From a virus: a stretch of 64,000 bases of DNA. The position numbers were made by a program, and so were the translations under genes. Numbering within the stretch: the stretch's first letter is position 1; each line of letters opens with the position of its first letter. Positions 29,134 through 37,394 of the stretch are shown in pieces. The stretch lies in the IMG/VR virus record IMGVR_UViG_3300036715_001865, positions 1 through 64,000 of that record. One strand, given 5' to 3'. The notes below the pieces were generated by a model. The model was not told where the DNA came from. It worked only from the letters and a program-made list of their open reading frames with translations, and ran no database searches.

Positions 29134-30537
29134 TTAAAATAAACCCGATGTGAAGCTACTAATTGTTCCACTTATACCTTCAATTCCATTCATTAGTCCG
29201 CCTTTACTGCTTGTATTTTGAGGAGACATTGGATTACAAGACTCTTGACCTGTAGTAGGTGTACCATATGGATTAATTCCTTTTGAATTTGGACCTTGAG
29301 TTGAAGATGCATCATCATTATAACGCAATTGGTACACAGCATCACTTTGTGCTCCTCTGAATAGGTCATCTAAATCTTTCATGGACTTAGTTTCAACATA
29401 TACAGAATCATATACAAAGGTTATACCTAATTCACTCCCTTCATTACTAATTGACATATCCACATCGTCAGGCATTAATTGTGTAATTTTAGGATTCAAA
29501 AAATGGTATACATTGACCATTAATCCATAGTCATACACATGATATAATATTATTTCCTTGAAAACACCCTGTTTATTGTCATTATTTAATGGTCCGATGG
29601 ATGCAGCATACTTGTTTGATGTAGCCTGATCACCACCAGATTTAGATAATGTATTATCCTTAAAACTCATACCTAACTGCTCAAATGAATCTTGTGTTGA
29701 TGCTGTTTCTGGTGACATATTTGAAATAGGAGTCATTGCCTTCAAATAAGCTGTATAAAAGGCTGTGGTATTGTTTAATATATCATCATGAAATGTCATA
29801 CTCATTTCTTCAAATTCAGACTTAATAATCACTTTGGTTCTAAAATTATAGAAATTAACATTTTCTGTTTGGTAAGTGATTTTAGGACGAGACGACTTTT
29901 TTACAACAAATGCCATCCCCCTCATAATACTATCCAATTCACTATAACCTGCAGCAGTAATAAATTGTACCATGAATAAAAATTTATACTTAGGCGCTCT
30001 AGCAATCATATCAACAGCATATGGAGATGCTTCACATCTTGGGGTAAGAGCATTCAGCCTATCATCTCCTGGAGTGTAAATACCTCTGGCCAATCTTTCT
30101 AAGTCTTGAAAATCCTGAAGATAATAAGGGATATCAGTAATTTTAAAATGACCTTGTTGAACCTGTTGAAATACTTGCTTAGCCTGTCCCCAAGCTCTAT
30201 TAGCTACATCTGGATTGAAATCTTGTAATGTTTGTATCACTGTTGGTGAAATACCTAAGTGATCCAATATCCAATTAGCTCCTTGGTCAACACTATCTCC
30301 AATTGTTGATGGTAGTGCTCCACACCCAGTTCTAATAGAGTTTGATACACTTGCTATTGTTCGCAACCCTGTTCCTATTGCTCCAGCACCAACACTGTTT
30401 AAAACCTCCAAATCACCAATTTTTCCAATTGAATTAATGGTATTTCTACGGTCAGATACAGCTGAACCAATATCAGCACTACTCTTGGCAGCGAATGCGG
30501 CAGGACACGGCTTTACGCTAAAATTTCTTGGATCCAT
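29134..30537 (-). CDS. Tail-tube-initiator / baseplate protein (gp48/gp54-like); probable start MDPRN at 30537
   Basis: C-terminal gp19-like fold signature (P.KFLF.V.F...V....RP.I...MTFHDD...P.IT...D...ITF.YD); downstream of the tube gene; late promoter at 30561-30568. Confidence 0.6.
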   Translation of the reverse strand: MDPRNFSVKPCPAAFAAKSSADIGSAVSDRRNTINSIGKIGDLEVLNSVGAGAIGTGLRTIASVSNSIRTGCGALPSTIGDSVDQGANWILDHLGISPTVIQTLQDFNPDVANRAWGQAKQVFQQVQQGHFKITDIPYYLQDFQDLERLARGIYTPGDDRLNALTPRCEASPYAVDMIARAPKYKFLFMVQFITAAGYSELDSIMRGMAFVVKKSSRPKITYQTENVNFYNFRTKVIIKSEFEEMSMTFHDDILNNTTAFYTAYLKAMTPISNMSPETASTQDSFEQLGMSFKDNTLSKSGGDQATSNKYAASIGPLNNDNKQGVFKEIILYHVYDYGLMVNVYHFLNPKITQLMPDDVDMSISNEGSELGITFVYDSVYVETKSMKDLDDLFRGAQSDAVYQLRYNDDASSTQGPNSKGINPYGTPTTGQESCNPMSPQNTSSKGGLMNGIEGISGTISSFTSGLF

Positions 30538-30594
30538 ATTAATTCCTTGTTTCATTTAGGTATTTATATAAAGTACTATTCGCAAATTTCACAC

Positions 30595-30627
30595 AAAAAA
30601 ATACCCCGACCAGCGGGGTATTTTTTT
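30595..30627. terminator. Intrinsic terminator
   Basis: AAAAAAATACCCCG-ACCAG-CGGGGTATTTTTTT. Confidence 0.8.
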
Positions 30628-30656
30628 TGCAAAAGTAAACGTATATTTAATTGTTG

Positions 30657-32213
30657 TTATACAACAGAGCTATTGTTGATAGTATATTTTCGTTTCCCAC
30701 AATCCCATATACGCAATATTCCGTTATTATTACAGTTAACGGTTTCAGATAATGTTGGGTCAAAGTGTTTCAATAACTTTTGTAAGTTTTTGCGTCTATA
30801 GTTAAATTTATGAAACCTATTATAACCATCCGGACTATAATAATAGTCTGGTGGTAAAATACTATCTAATACAAATCCAGTTTTTTCATATAACTGTCCA
30901 TTACTCCACCGGTTATCAGCAAAACTAATAATTTGTGTCCAATTGTGTGATTGTTTAAAGTGTGTTAATATTTTTGAAAACCCTCCCACCACAGTACAAG
31001 ATGTAGCATACCTATTCAAACAAAAAATATTATTTGGTTGTTTAATAAAGGCCATAGCAGCTACTAATGTGCCACCACACTCCAACCCATATGTTATGCT
31101 TCCAGGGCCATCCCCTTGGATATGATGCTCCTCAAAAAATTGTTTTTTTTGATGCTTATCTAATTGGACAACAGTTGTTTTCCGGGCAAACAATTTATGG
31201 ATATGTGCGAAACCCAGTAAATGCATCAATTTGTTGACAACTTGACGTTTTCGCTGTTTCCACTCGTCTTCATAAATAGTTAATAATTGAATACCTTGTT
31301 GTTGACACATATCATGCTTGTGTTTATGATAATGTCTATCTTTTCCTTTTTGTTCACTGTGCCAATATAACCCACAATATTCAATTGCTAAGTTAAACTG
31401 TGGAATATAGATATCCAATTCTAATGGTGATATGATAGTTCTGGTATTAACAACATGCTCAATGTCACAATCTATTAACAGTTGGGACAGTTGCTTGTGC
31501 CCTCCTGACATTCCATAATATTTTGTTTCAATACCATACTTTCTCATATAATTACAAACTGTGGGAACTCCTCCAGTCAACTTCAACTCTTCAGCTATCA
31601 GAGTCAACGATTTCTTATTAGTTAAATGTTGGTCCGTTAGCCAATCAATATTCTGTAATTTTGTTAATGATATTGGATCAATCCATCTATGGGATATATT
31701 TTGAACACCATATTTCAACTGCCAAGTACTAATTCTTTTATTGGTTCGTTGAGTGATATCATTTTGAGTGTACGGATGTAGTAATCTATATTGTTGGGTG
31801 GAGTGTTTTCCTTGGGCGGAAGCTAGGTAATTAGTATGTCCAAATTTATTCAGGTTGGTAATTTTTCTTGCCTGTGTTCCTTTTTTTGTTGCAGCAATCA
31901 ACATCTGAGGGGACTGTTTCCACAACATCCCTGACTGTACCTTAATAGGATCTTTTGATGCACACTGGACACAACAATATTTATTATATTGTTTTTTATC
32001 AGTCTTCCATTTTACCAGAATTGAACAAGATGGGGCAGAACAAATTGGTAAATTATCACCATGTATTATATGCCATAACCTTTGTTGCAATGAACTGTTT
32101 GTTGGTAAAAAATTAGTCTGTTCGATAACCTGTTGCTTAATATGAGCATTGGTTTTTTTTAGATTTAATTCATTCCCATGTTGTTGCCATATTATTGCCT
32201 CTTCCTTTGTCAC
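30657..32213 (-). CDS. Free-standing endonuclease E2: KYG repeats + HTH + Vsr-like nuclease + GNAT/Mom-like domain
   Basis: LELDIYIPQFNLAIEYCGLYWH nuclease motif; HHIQG...LNRYAT...GGFSK...IISFADNRWSNGQLYEKTGF; RIWDCG end. Confidence 0.85.
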   Translation of the reverse strand: MTKEEAIIWQQHGNELNLKKTNAHIKQQVIEQTNFLPTNSSLQQRLWHIIHGDNLPICSAPSCSILVKWKTDKKQYNKYCCVQCASKDPIKVQSGMLWKQSPQMLIAATKKGTQARKITNLNKFGHTNYLASAQGKHSTQQYRLLHPYTQNDITQRTNKRISTWQLKYGVQNISHRWIDPISLTKLQNIDWLTDQHLTNKKSLTLIAEELKLTGGVPTVCNYMRKYGIETKYYGMSGGHKQLSQLLIDCDIEHVVNTRTIISPLELDIYIPQFNLAIEYCGLYWHSEQKGKDRHYHKHKHDMCQQQGIQLLTIYEDEWKQRKRQVVNKLMHLLGFAHIHKLFARKTTVVQLDKHQKKQFFEEHHIQGDGPGSITYGLECGGTLVAAMAFIKQPNNIFCLNRYATSCTVVGGFSKILTHFKQSHNWTQIISFADNRWSNGQLYEKTGFVLDSILPPDYYYSPDGYNRFHKFNYRRKNLQKLLKHFDPTLSETVNCNNNGILRIWDCGKRKYTINNSSVV

Positions 32214-32214
32214 A

Positions 32215-32268
32215 AAAATAACTCCTAATTAAAGGAGTTATTTTAACACAAATACAACATATAATCAA
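32215..32268 (-). promoter_or_regulatory. Promoter TTGATT-17-(TG)TAAAAT overlapping an RBS-sequestering hairpin (E2 leader)
   Basis: -35 at 32263-32268, -10 at 32240-32245; 12-bp stem 32215-32226/32233-32244 with AGGAG in the arm next to the GTG start. Confidence 0.75.
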
Positions 32269-32282
32269 CAGATTATATTTTA

Positions 32283-32424
32283 CCTGCCCCCAAGCTCTAT
32301 TTGCCACATCTGGATTAAAATCCTGTAATGTTTGTATCACTGTGGGTGATATACCTAAATGGTCTAATATCCAATTTGCTCCTTGGTCCACGCTATCTCC
32401 AATAGATGAAGGTAATGCCCCACA
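32283..32424 (-). pseudogene. Synonymously diverged 47-codon copy of part of the gp48/54-like gene (30183..30324)
   Basis: Ungapped alignment at offset 2100 with 18 mismatches in 142 nt but only one amino-acid change (T>S); no start or RBS of its own. Confidence 0.9.
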
Positions 32425-33539
32425 AAATCTGATTCCCACATAACAACCAGATTATAACCTAGTGATTTTATTAGGTTTTCTCTTTCGATAGTTTTTTGGT
32501 ATAGCTCGCCCATTGATTTTCCATTCACTTCATTAATTTCATTTGGTGGATAAATTATTGGATTTCCGTGCCAATAATCACCATGAAACTCATAGATTGT
32601 ATTTGTTTCTTCACAGTACCCATCAGCTCTATATCTAGTAGATGGTATTTTCCACTCAGATATTATCTCATAATCTTGTTGAGTTAGCCAGAGTTGGCAC
32701 TTATATGAACTCCAAAAATATTGTCTAATTTCAATTTCGTAATGTCGTAAGTGTGAAAGTATAGTTCCATATGTAATAACATCTAATTCACTGGCAATTT
32801 GAGTAGCAGTTTTGTTTTGTGTAATGTATTGATCAAATAACCAATTATAATCCTCTATTAATGGGAGAATATCCACCATATGTTGTTGACTAGCATGTTT
32901 AACACCATATTTCAATATATTATTATTTGCCCTTTTATTTTTAATTTCTTGTGTTTGTGATGCTCTTATTACCCCATATTTTTTCATATGAGTGGAGGTT
33001 ATAGCATCCTGTACTTGCTTTGTTTGTACTGGAAATACTGTACCATACTTTATCATACAAGTATTATTTCTTTTTTGTCTAACAATAGGGCTTTGTGATG
33101 AATGATGTACACCATATTTCTTTAGATTAGTAGCTACTGTGTTTACTTTCCCACTAGCTGATTGGGCAGCATATTCTACACCATACCTCTCTATCATTGT
33201 TTGTTTTTGTTTTTGTTGTATCAGATCAGAAGACATAGGATTTTTTGTCCCATATCTAATTAAATTGGTAGCAGCTGCTTTGTCTTTTAATTGTGCTGAT
33301 TGCATTGGATTTTCAACACCATACCTCTTTACCATTGTTTGTTTTTGTTTTGCTTGTTGAGATAACTTATCTTGCTTTGCACAACTAGCACTACAATATG
33401 TATTAAATTGTCCCCCAGTAGCCACATTTCTCCATTTTACCTCAGTAGGACACATTTTACACAACACAGGATATGTCTTATGGTGTTTATCTAACCAACC
33501 TTGTTGAATATCAGATATCTTTTTCATAGTCCCAACCAA
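32364..33539 (-). CDS. Free-standing endonuclease E1: many KYGV repeats + HTH + Vsr-like nuclease, no GNAT domain
   Basis: RADGYCEETNTIYEFHGDYWHGNP...GYNLVVMWESDF; the C-terminus runs out of frame into the gp48/54 fragment. Confidence 0.8.
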   Translation of the reverse strand: MVGTMKKISDIQQGWLDKHHKTYPVLCKMCPTEVKWRNVATGGQFNTYCSASCAKQDKLSQQAKQKQTMVKRYGVENPMQSAQLKDKAAATNLIRYGTKNPMSSDLIQQKQKQTMIERYGVEYAAQSASGKVNTVATNLKKYGVHHSSQSPIVRQKRNNTCMIKYGTVFPVQTKQVQDAITSTHMKKYGVIRASQTQEIKNKRANNNILKYGVKHASQQHMVDILPLIEDYNWLFDQYITQNKTATQIASELDVITYGTILSHLRHYEIEIRQYFWSSYKCQLWLTQQDYEIISEWKIPSTRYRADGYCEETNTIYEFHGDYWHGNPIIYPPNEINEVNGKSMGELYQKTIERENLIKSLGYNLVVMWESDFVGHYLHLLEIAWTKEQIGY

Positions 33540-33562
33540 CTGCTAATTTGTGTACCCTAGAC

Positions 33563-33618
33563 ATAATAAACTCCTATTGAAAGGAGTTTATTATAAACCA
33601 CATAAGTAAAATAATCAA
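33563..33618 (-). promoter_or_regulatory. Promoter TTGATT-17-TATAAT overlapping an RBS-sequestering hairpin (E1 leader)
   Basis: -35 at 33613-33618, -10 at 33590-33595; 13-bp stem 33563-33575/33582-33594. Confidence 0.75.
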
Positions 33619-33622
33619 CTGA

Positions 33623-34210
33623 TTAAATTTTACCTGCACCCCCTGTAGCAATCCCCGGACCCTGTGAATATCCTCCAAGTACTTGTCTTGCATGGTCAAA
33701 ACTGATTACAACAGCTAGTTCAACTGGATCACCTGTTTCATATGCCAACTCTGCATAATCAATACTTTCAATCCAACAACCTTCAATTGTCCATTTTTCA
33801 ATCACTTGATCATTACCATCTAACATATCTAAGTAACTAACAAACTTATATAATGAACCTTCCCCAGCAGCCGCGAGCCATTGACCTTCAGCCCCAATTA
33901 ACCACTGTTGTTTTTGTTCCTGTGCTTGTAATACTCGAGATGCAGTTCCAGTAACATCATCTTGAATCGTAAGGTTCATTGGTTCCCACGAATGTTTACC
34001 AGCAATATATGAAATTGAGTTATAACGATGCAATGTTATTTTCTCATGTTTTAATTGTGGTCTACTAACCTTTGTTGTTTGCATAGATATTGGCTGACTA
34101 TCTGTTCCACCACCCATGTTCGCAAAGGTGATTCTCCATCTATTTTTGTGTTTTGGGTGTAGGATACCTGTTCCAACACCTGGAATCCCTATATCATTAA
34201 TTGTTGACAT
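33623..34210 (-). CDS. gp19: Tail tube protein
   Basis: LHPK.KNRWRI.F...RP.L...Y.AGK..WEP..LTI.DD...W.IEGCW...ISFD; late promoter at 34238-34245. Confidence 0.85.
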   Translation of the reverse strand: MSTINDIGIPGVGTGILHPKHKNRWRITFANMGGGTDSQPISMQTTKVSRPQLKHEKITLHRYNSISYIAGKHSWEPMNLTIQDDVTGTASRVLQAQEQKQQWLIGAEGQWLAAAGEGSLYKFVSYLDMLDGNDQVIEKWTIEGCWIESIDYAELAYETGDPVELAVVISFDHARQVLGGYSQGPGIATGGAGKI

Positions 34211-34271
34211 GAATTATATCTCCTAATTTGTTTATTATATTTATACAAACGAGGGTATTATAATACAAAAA

Positions 34272-35738
34272 TCACATTAACACATATTTAATCTTGCCAC
34301 AGTCCCATATCCGCAAAACTCCATTTAAGTCACAATTAACTTTTTCACTCAACTGCTCGTCATATTTTTTTAATAATTTTGATAGGTACTTTCGACGATA
34401 GTTAAATTTGTGTACCCGATTGTGTCCATCTGGGGAATAATAATAATCAGGAGGTAGAGTACTTACAGAAATAAACCCAGTGGCTTGGTATAACTCTCCT
34501 GAACTCCACCTCAAATCCGCAAATGTTACGATCTGGGACGGAGCATAATTGGTTTTGAAATATGATAATAACTTAGTAAACCCACCTACAATCAATGAAG
34601 ATGTGGCATATCTATTTAACACAAATGCTCCACCCTGTTGTTGTATAAACGACATACAAGATACCAACTCATTGTCATATGTTAGTCCTATATTAATGGA
34701 ACTAGGACCGTCCCCTTGTATGTGGTGGGCAGTAAGAAAGGATTGCTTAACATCTGGAGATACTGTTTGGATAATACACTTTCTGCCATATAACCGAGGT
34801 CGATTATCACAGTTTAATAAAATATTTAATTTTTCTTTTATTATAGGTTGTTTTTGTTTCCACTCATCTTCGTATATTGTCAACAATCTAATACCCAACT
34901 GTTCACACATTTTGTGTTTGGTGCTGTGATAATGTTTATGTTTACCTTGTTGTTCACTGTGCCAATACAACCCACAATACTCAATTGCTAAATTATACTC
35001 TGGTATGAATATATCAAGCTCATATGGAGGTATGATAGTACGAACATTGACATCAAACGAAATAGACAATCCACGTAAATAATCACCTATTTGTTTTTCG
35101 CCAGTAGATACGAAAAAATGCTTTGTATCATATCCTAGTTTATGCAAGTTTCGTTGAACTGTATTAACATCAACTTCTAGCTCTGTAGCGATATCACTCA
35201 ATGTTCTTTTATTGACATGGTGTTGTTCTTGTAACCACGTAGGGTCTATTAATTTGGAATAACTGGTAGGTATTATGTGTTTTTGATTTTTGTGTATTCT
35301 ACCATACCGTTGGATATTTGTGCTTTGTTGTTTATTTTTAACTTCAACAGTTTGTTGTGGAATAGTAGTACCATACCGTTGGACATTTGTATTATTGCGC
35401 TTGATGATCCGATTAGGATTATCAATCCCACATTTATACGAACAGGTATCAGAATACCCAACATTTTTTCCTGTTGTATTAAACTTAACTAGACTATGAC
35501 ACACTACACACAGTTTTGGGGAGATTATATGGTTTTTAATACAATGAACCCTCTCCCTAAGAGACGATTTTAAATCATCTGTTATGAAGTCGGTGCGGGT
35601 CATTATATATGAAGTTGCAACAGGGTTTAATTTCAACACCCCAAATGATTTTTTTGATAATTTATAATCACTATCTAGTATACCACAATCTACTAGGTGG
35701 GTCAGAATTTCACTATCAGTTTTAAATTCATCAGACAC
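34272..35738 (-). CDS. Free-standing endonuclease E4: KYG repeats + HTH + Vsr-like + GNAT/Mom-like
   Basis: ELDIFIPEYNLAIEYCGLYWH; IVTFADLRWSSGELYQATGF; RIWDCG. Confidence 0.85.
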   Translation of the reverse strand: MSDEFKTDSEILTHLVDCGILDSDYKLSKKSFGVLKLNPVATSYIMTRTDFITDDLKSSLRERVHCIKNHIISPKLCVVCHSLVKFNTTGKNVGYSDTCSYKCGIDNPNRIIKRNNTNVQRYGTTIPQQTVEVKNKQQSTNIQRYGRIHKNQKHIIPTSYSKLIDPTWLQEQHHVNKRTLSDIATELEVDVNTVQRNLHKLGYDTKHFFVSTGEKQIGDYLRGLSISFDVNVRTIIPPYELDIFIPEYNLAIEYCGLYWHSEQQGKHKHYHSTKHKMCEQLGIRLLTIYEDEWKQKQPIIKEKLNILLNCDNRPRLYGRKCIIQTVSPDVKQSFLTAHHIQGDGPSSINIGLTYDNELVSCMSFIQQQGGAFVLNRYATSSLIVGGFTKLLSYFKTNYAPSQIVTFADLRWSSGELYQATGFISVSTLPPDYYYSPDGHNRVHKFNYRRKYLSKLLKKYDEQLSEKVNCDLNGVLRIWDCGKIKYVLM

Positions 35739-35799
35739 AAAAAACTCCTATTTTTATTAATATTATATAGGAGTTTTTTGTTTTTTACAACATTACTTA
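35725..35799. repeat. 75-bp direct repeat, copy 1 (E4 leader); copy 2 at 37318..37392
   Basis: 74/75 identical. Contains TTGTAA-17-TATAAT (35785-90 / 35762-67), a 13-bp stem hairpin (35739-51 / 35767-79) and codons for MSDE. Confidence 0.95.
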
Positions 35800-37331
35800 G
35801 TCAATACCCATCTCTGTAGACCACAATTATATATTTGGTGTATGTTGTTATTGTGGGTATTGGTTACTTCACTTAGGTTGGGGTCATAAGTTTTTAATAG
35901 ATTAGGTAAGTTCTTGTGTCTATAATTAAATTTATGAACCCGACACTCGCCTATAACATATTGGTAATCAGGAGGAGTAATTTTATCTAACACAAACCCA
36001 TTTGTACCATATATTGTTCCAACACTCCATCTCAGATCAGCAAAACTTATAATAGTAGCCCACTCATTATTATTTTTAAAATGCGACAATAATTTACTAA
36101 ACCCACCTCGCACCTGTCCAATGGTAGCATACCTATTCAATACAAAGTTGCCTTCACCTTTATTAATAAAGGTCATCATCGCTACAAAATTGCCACCATA
36201 GGTAAGTCCATATGTTGTGGACCCTGGACCATCTCCTTGTATATGATAGGAATCAAAAAATTCTGATTTTGTTTTCTTGTTTGGTACTGTGATTACACAC
36301 GACCGCCCATTAATTTTTACACCTTCACTATATCCAAGTATAGTTCTGATGGTATTTTTAACCAGGTGTGAATTATTCAACCACTCATCCGAGAATATAG
36401 TGATTAATCTAATTCCAATATCTGCACACCTATTATATTTCATTTGGTGATAATTGGATGTTTTGTATTCAGAGGAGTGCCAATATAATCCACAATATTC
36501 TATGGCTATGTTTTTATCAGGGATGTAAATATCTAGTTCATATGGTTTAATTAATGACCTATTTTTAACTTCAAAAATTACACCAATTTCTGTTAGAAAC
36601 CGTTCAATATCAACTTGTTGCTGTGAAGATGATTGGTGCCAATACTGTACTTCTATTCCATGTTTTATTAATCTACTAGAGACTACTTTATGGGAGTTTT
36701 TCCAATGTAATCCCAATTCAACACACATAGATGCAACTGTCCGTTGATTAGTTATGTGTTGTTCATACAACCAATCAACGCTATTGAGTTTATTAATGGC
36801 TTCCTCAGATAAAACAGATAATAGCTTGACTGTGCTGGACGGTATCCACCCATTATCAATCTTTCGTCCTATGGTTATTTTTCTAATTTGTTTACTATGT
36901 TCACTATATTGTCTATGTTGAGACAGTGCAGTTAATTGAATTTTTTGACGAGTATCAGTTGATGTTGTGTTGCCGTTGTTCCAATGGGTAATTTGTCCAG
37001 TTGAGAATCGTTCTTTTCTGGTATTGGACAATTGAATGTTTTGTTCAACTGTTCTTGGGATGCCTTTGTTCCAAGCTTGGGTAGGATTATCTAATTTTGT
37101 TTGTTTTATCTTTTCAACCACCTCTAATGATCTTGGTACTCCTTTTCTACTTGAATTTGATCTAATGGCTGCTTCTCGTTTTCTATTGGTTGCATTTGTG
37201 GACTTTAAAACAGCAGTGGGATACAACAGTTTATACTCTGGTAACGTGGTGCTATGTTTTGAAAGATGTTTCCATGTAATGGTAGACATTTCTGCACCAC
37301 ATATCAAACATTTAATTAATTCATCAGACAC
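35793..37331 (-). CDS. Free-standing endonuclease E3: C2H2-like finger + NUMOD3-like motifs + HTH + Vsr-like + GNAT/Mom-like
   Basis: CLICG...WKHLSKH; WNKGIPRT; ELDIYIPDKNIAIEYCGLYWH; IISFADLRWSVGTIYGTNGF. Confidence 0.85.
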   Translation of the reverse strand: MSDELIKCLICGAEMSTITWKHLSKHSTTLPEYKLLYPTAVLKSTNATNRKREAAIRSNSSRKGVPRSLEVVEKIKQTKLDNPTQAWNKGIPRTVEQNIQLSNTRKERFSTGQITHWNNGNTTSTDTRQKIQLTALSQHRQYSEHSKQIRKITIGRKIDNGWIPSSTVKLLSVLSEEAINKLNSVDWLYEQHITNQRTVASMCVELGLHWKNSHKVVSSRLIKHGIEVQYWHQSSSQQQVDIERFLTEIGVIFEVKNRSLIKPYELDIYIPDKNIAIEYCGLYWHSSEYKTSNYHQMKYNRCADIGIRLITIFSDEWLNNSHLVKNTIRTILGYSEGVKINGRSCVITVPNKKTKSEFFDSYHIQGDGPGSTTYGLTYGGNFVAMMTFINKGEGNFVLNRYATIGQVRGGFSKLLSHFKNNNEWATIISFADLRWSVGTIYGTNGFVLDKITPPDYQYVIGECRVHKFNYRHKNLPNLLKTYDPNLSEVTNTHNNNIHQIYNCGLQRWVLTK

Positions 37332-37392
37332 AAAAAACTCCTATTTTTATTAATATTATATAGGAGTTTTTTGTTTTTTACAACACTACTTA
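37318..37392. repeat. 75-bp direct repeat, copy 2 (E3 leader, after the sheath stop)
   Basis: Partner of 35725..35799 with the same promoter, hairpin and U-tract. Confidence 0.95.
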
Positions 37393-37394
37393 AG

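Noticed and set aside
30183-32424. DGR template/variable repeat pair
   Set aside because: Mismatches are not adenine-specific on either strand and are almost all synonymous; no reverse transcriptase is in the window.
32170-32439. The 89-aa track ORF as a real gene
   Set aside because: It is the open frame of the duplicated fragment plus leader sequence, with no RBS.
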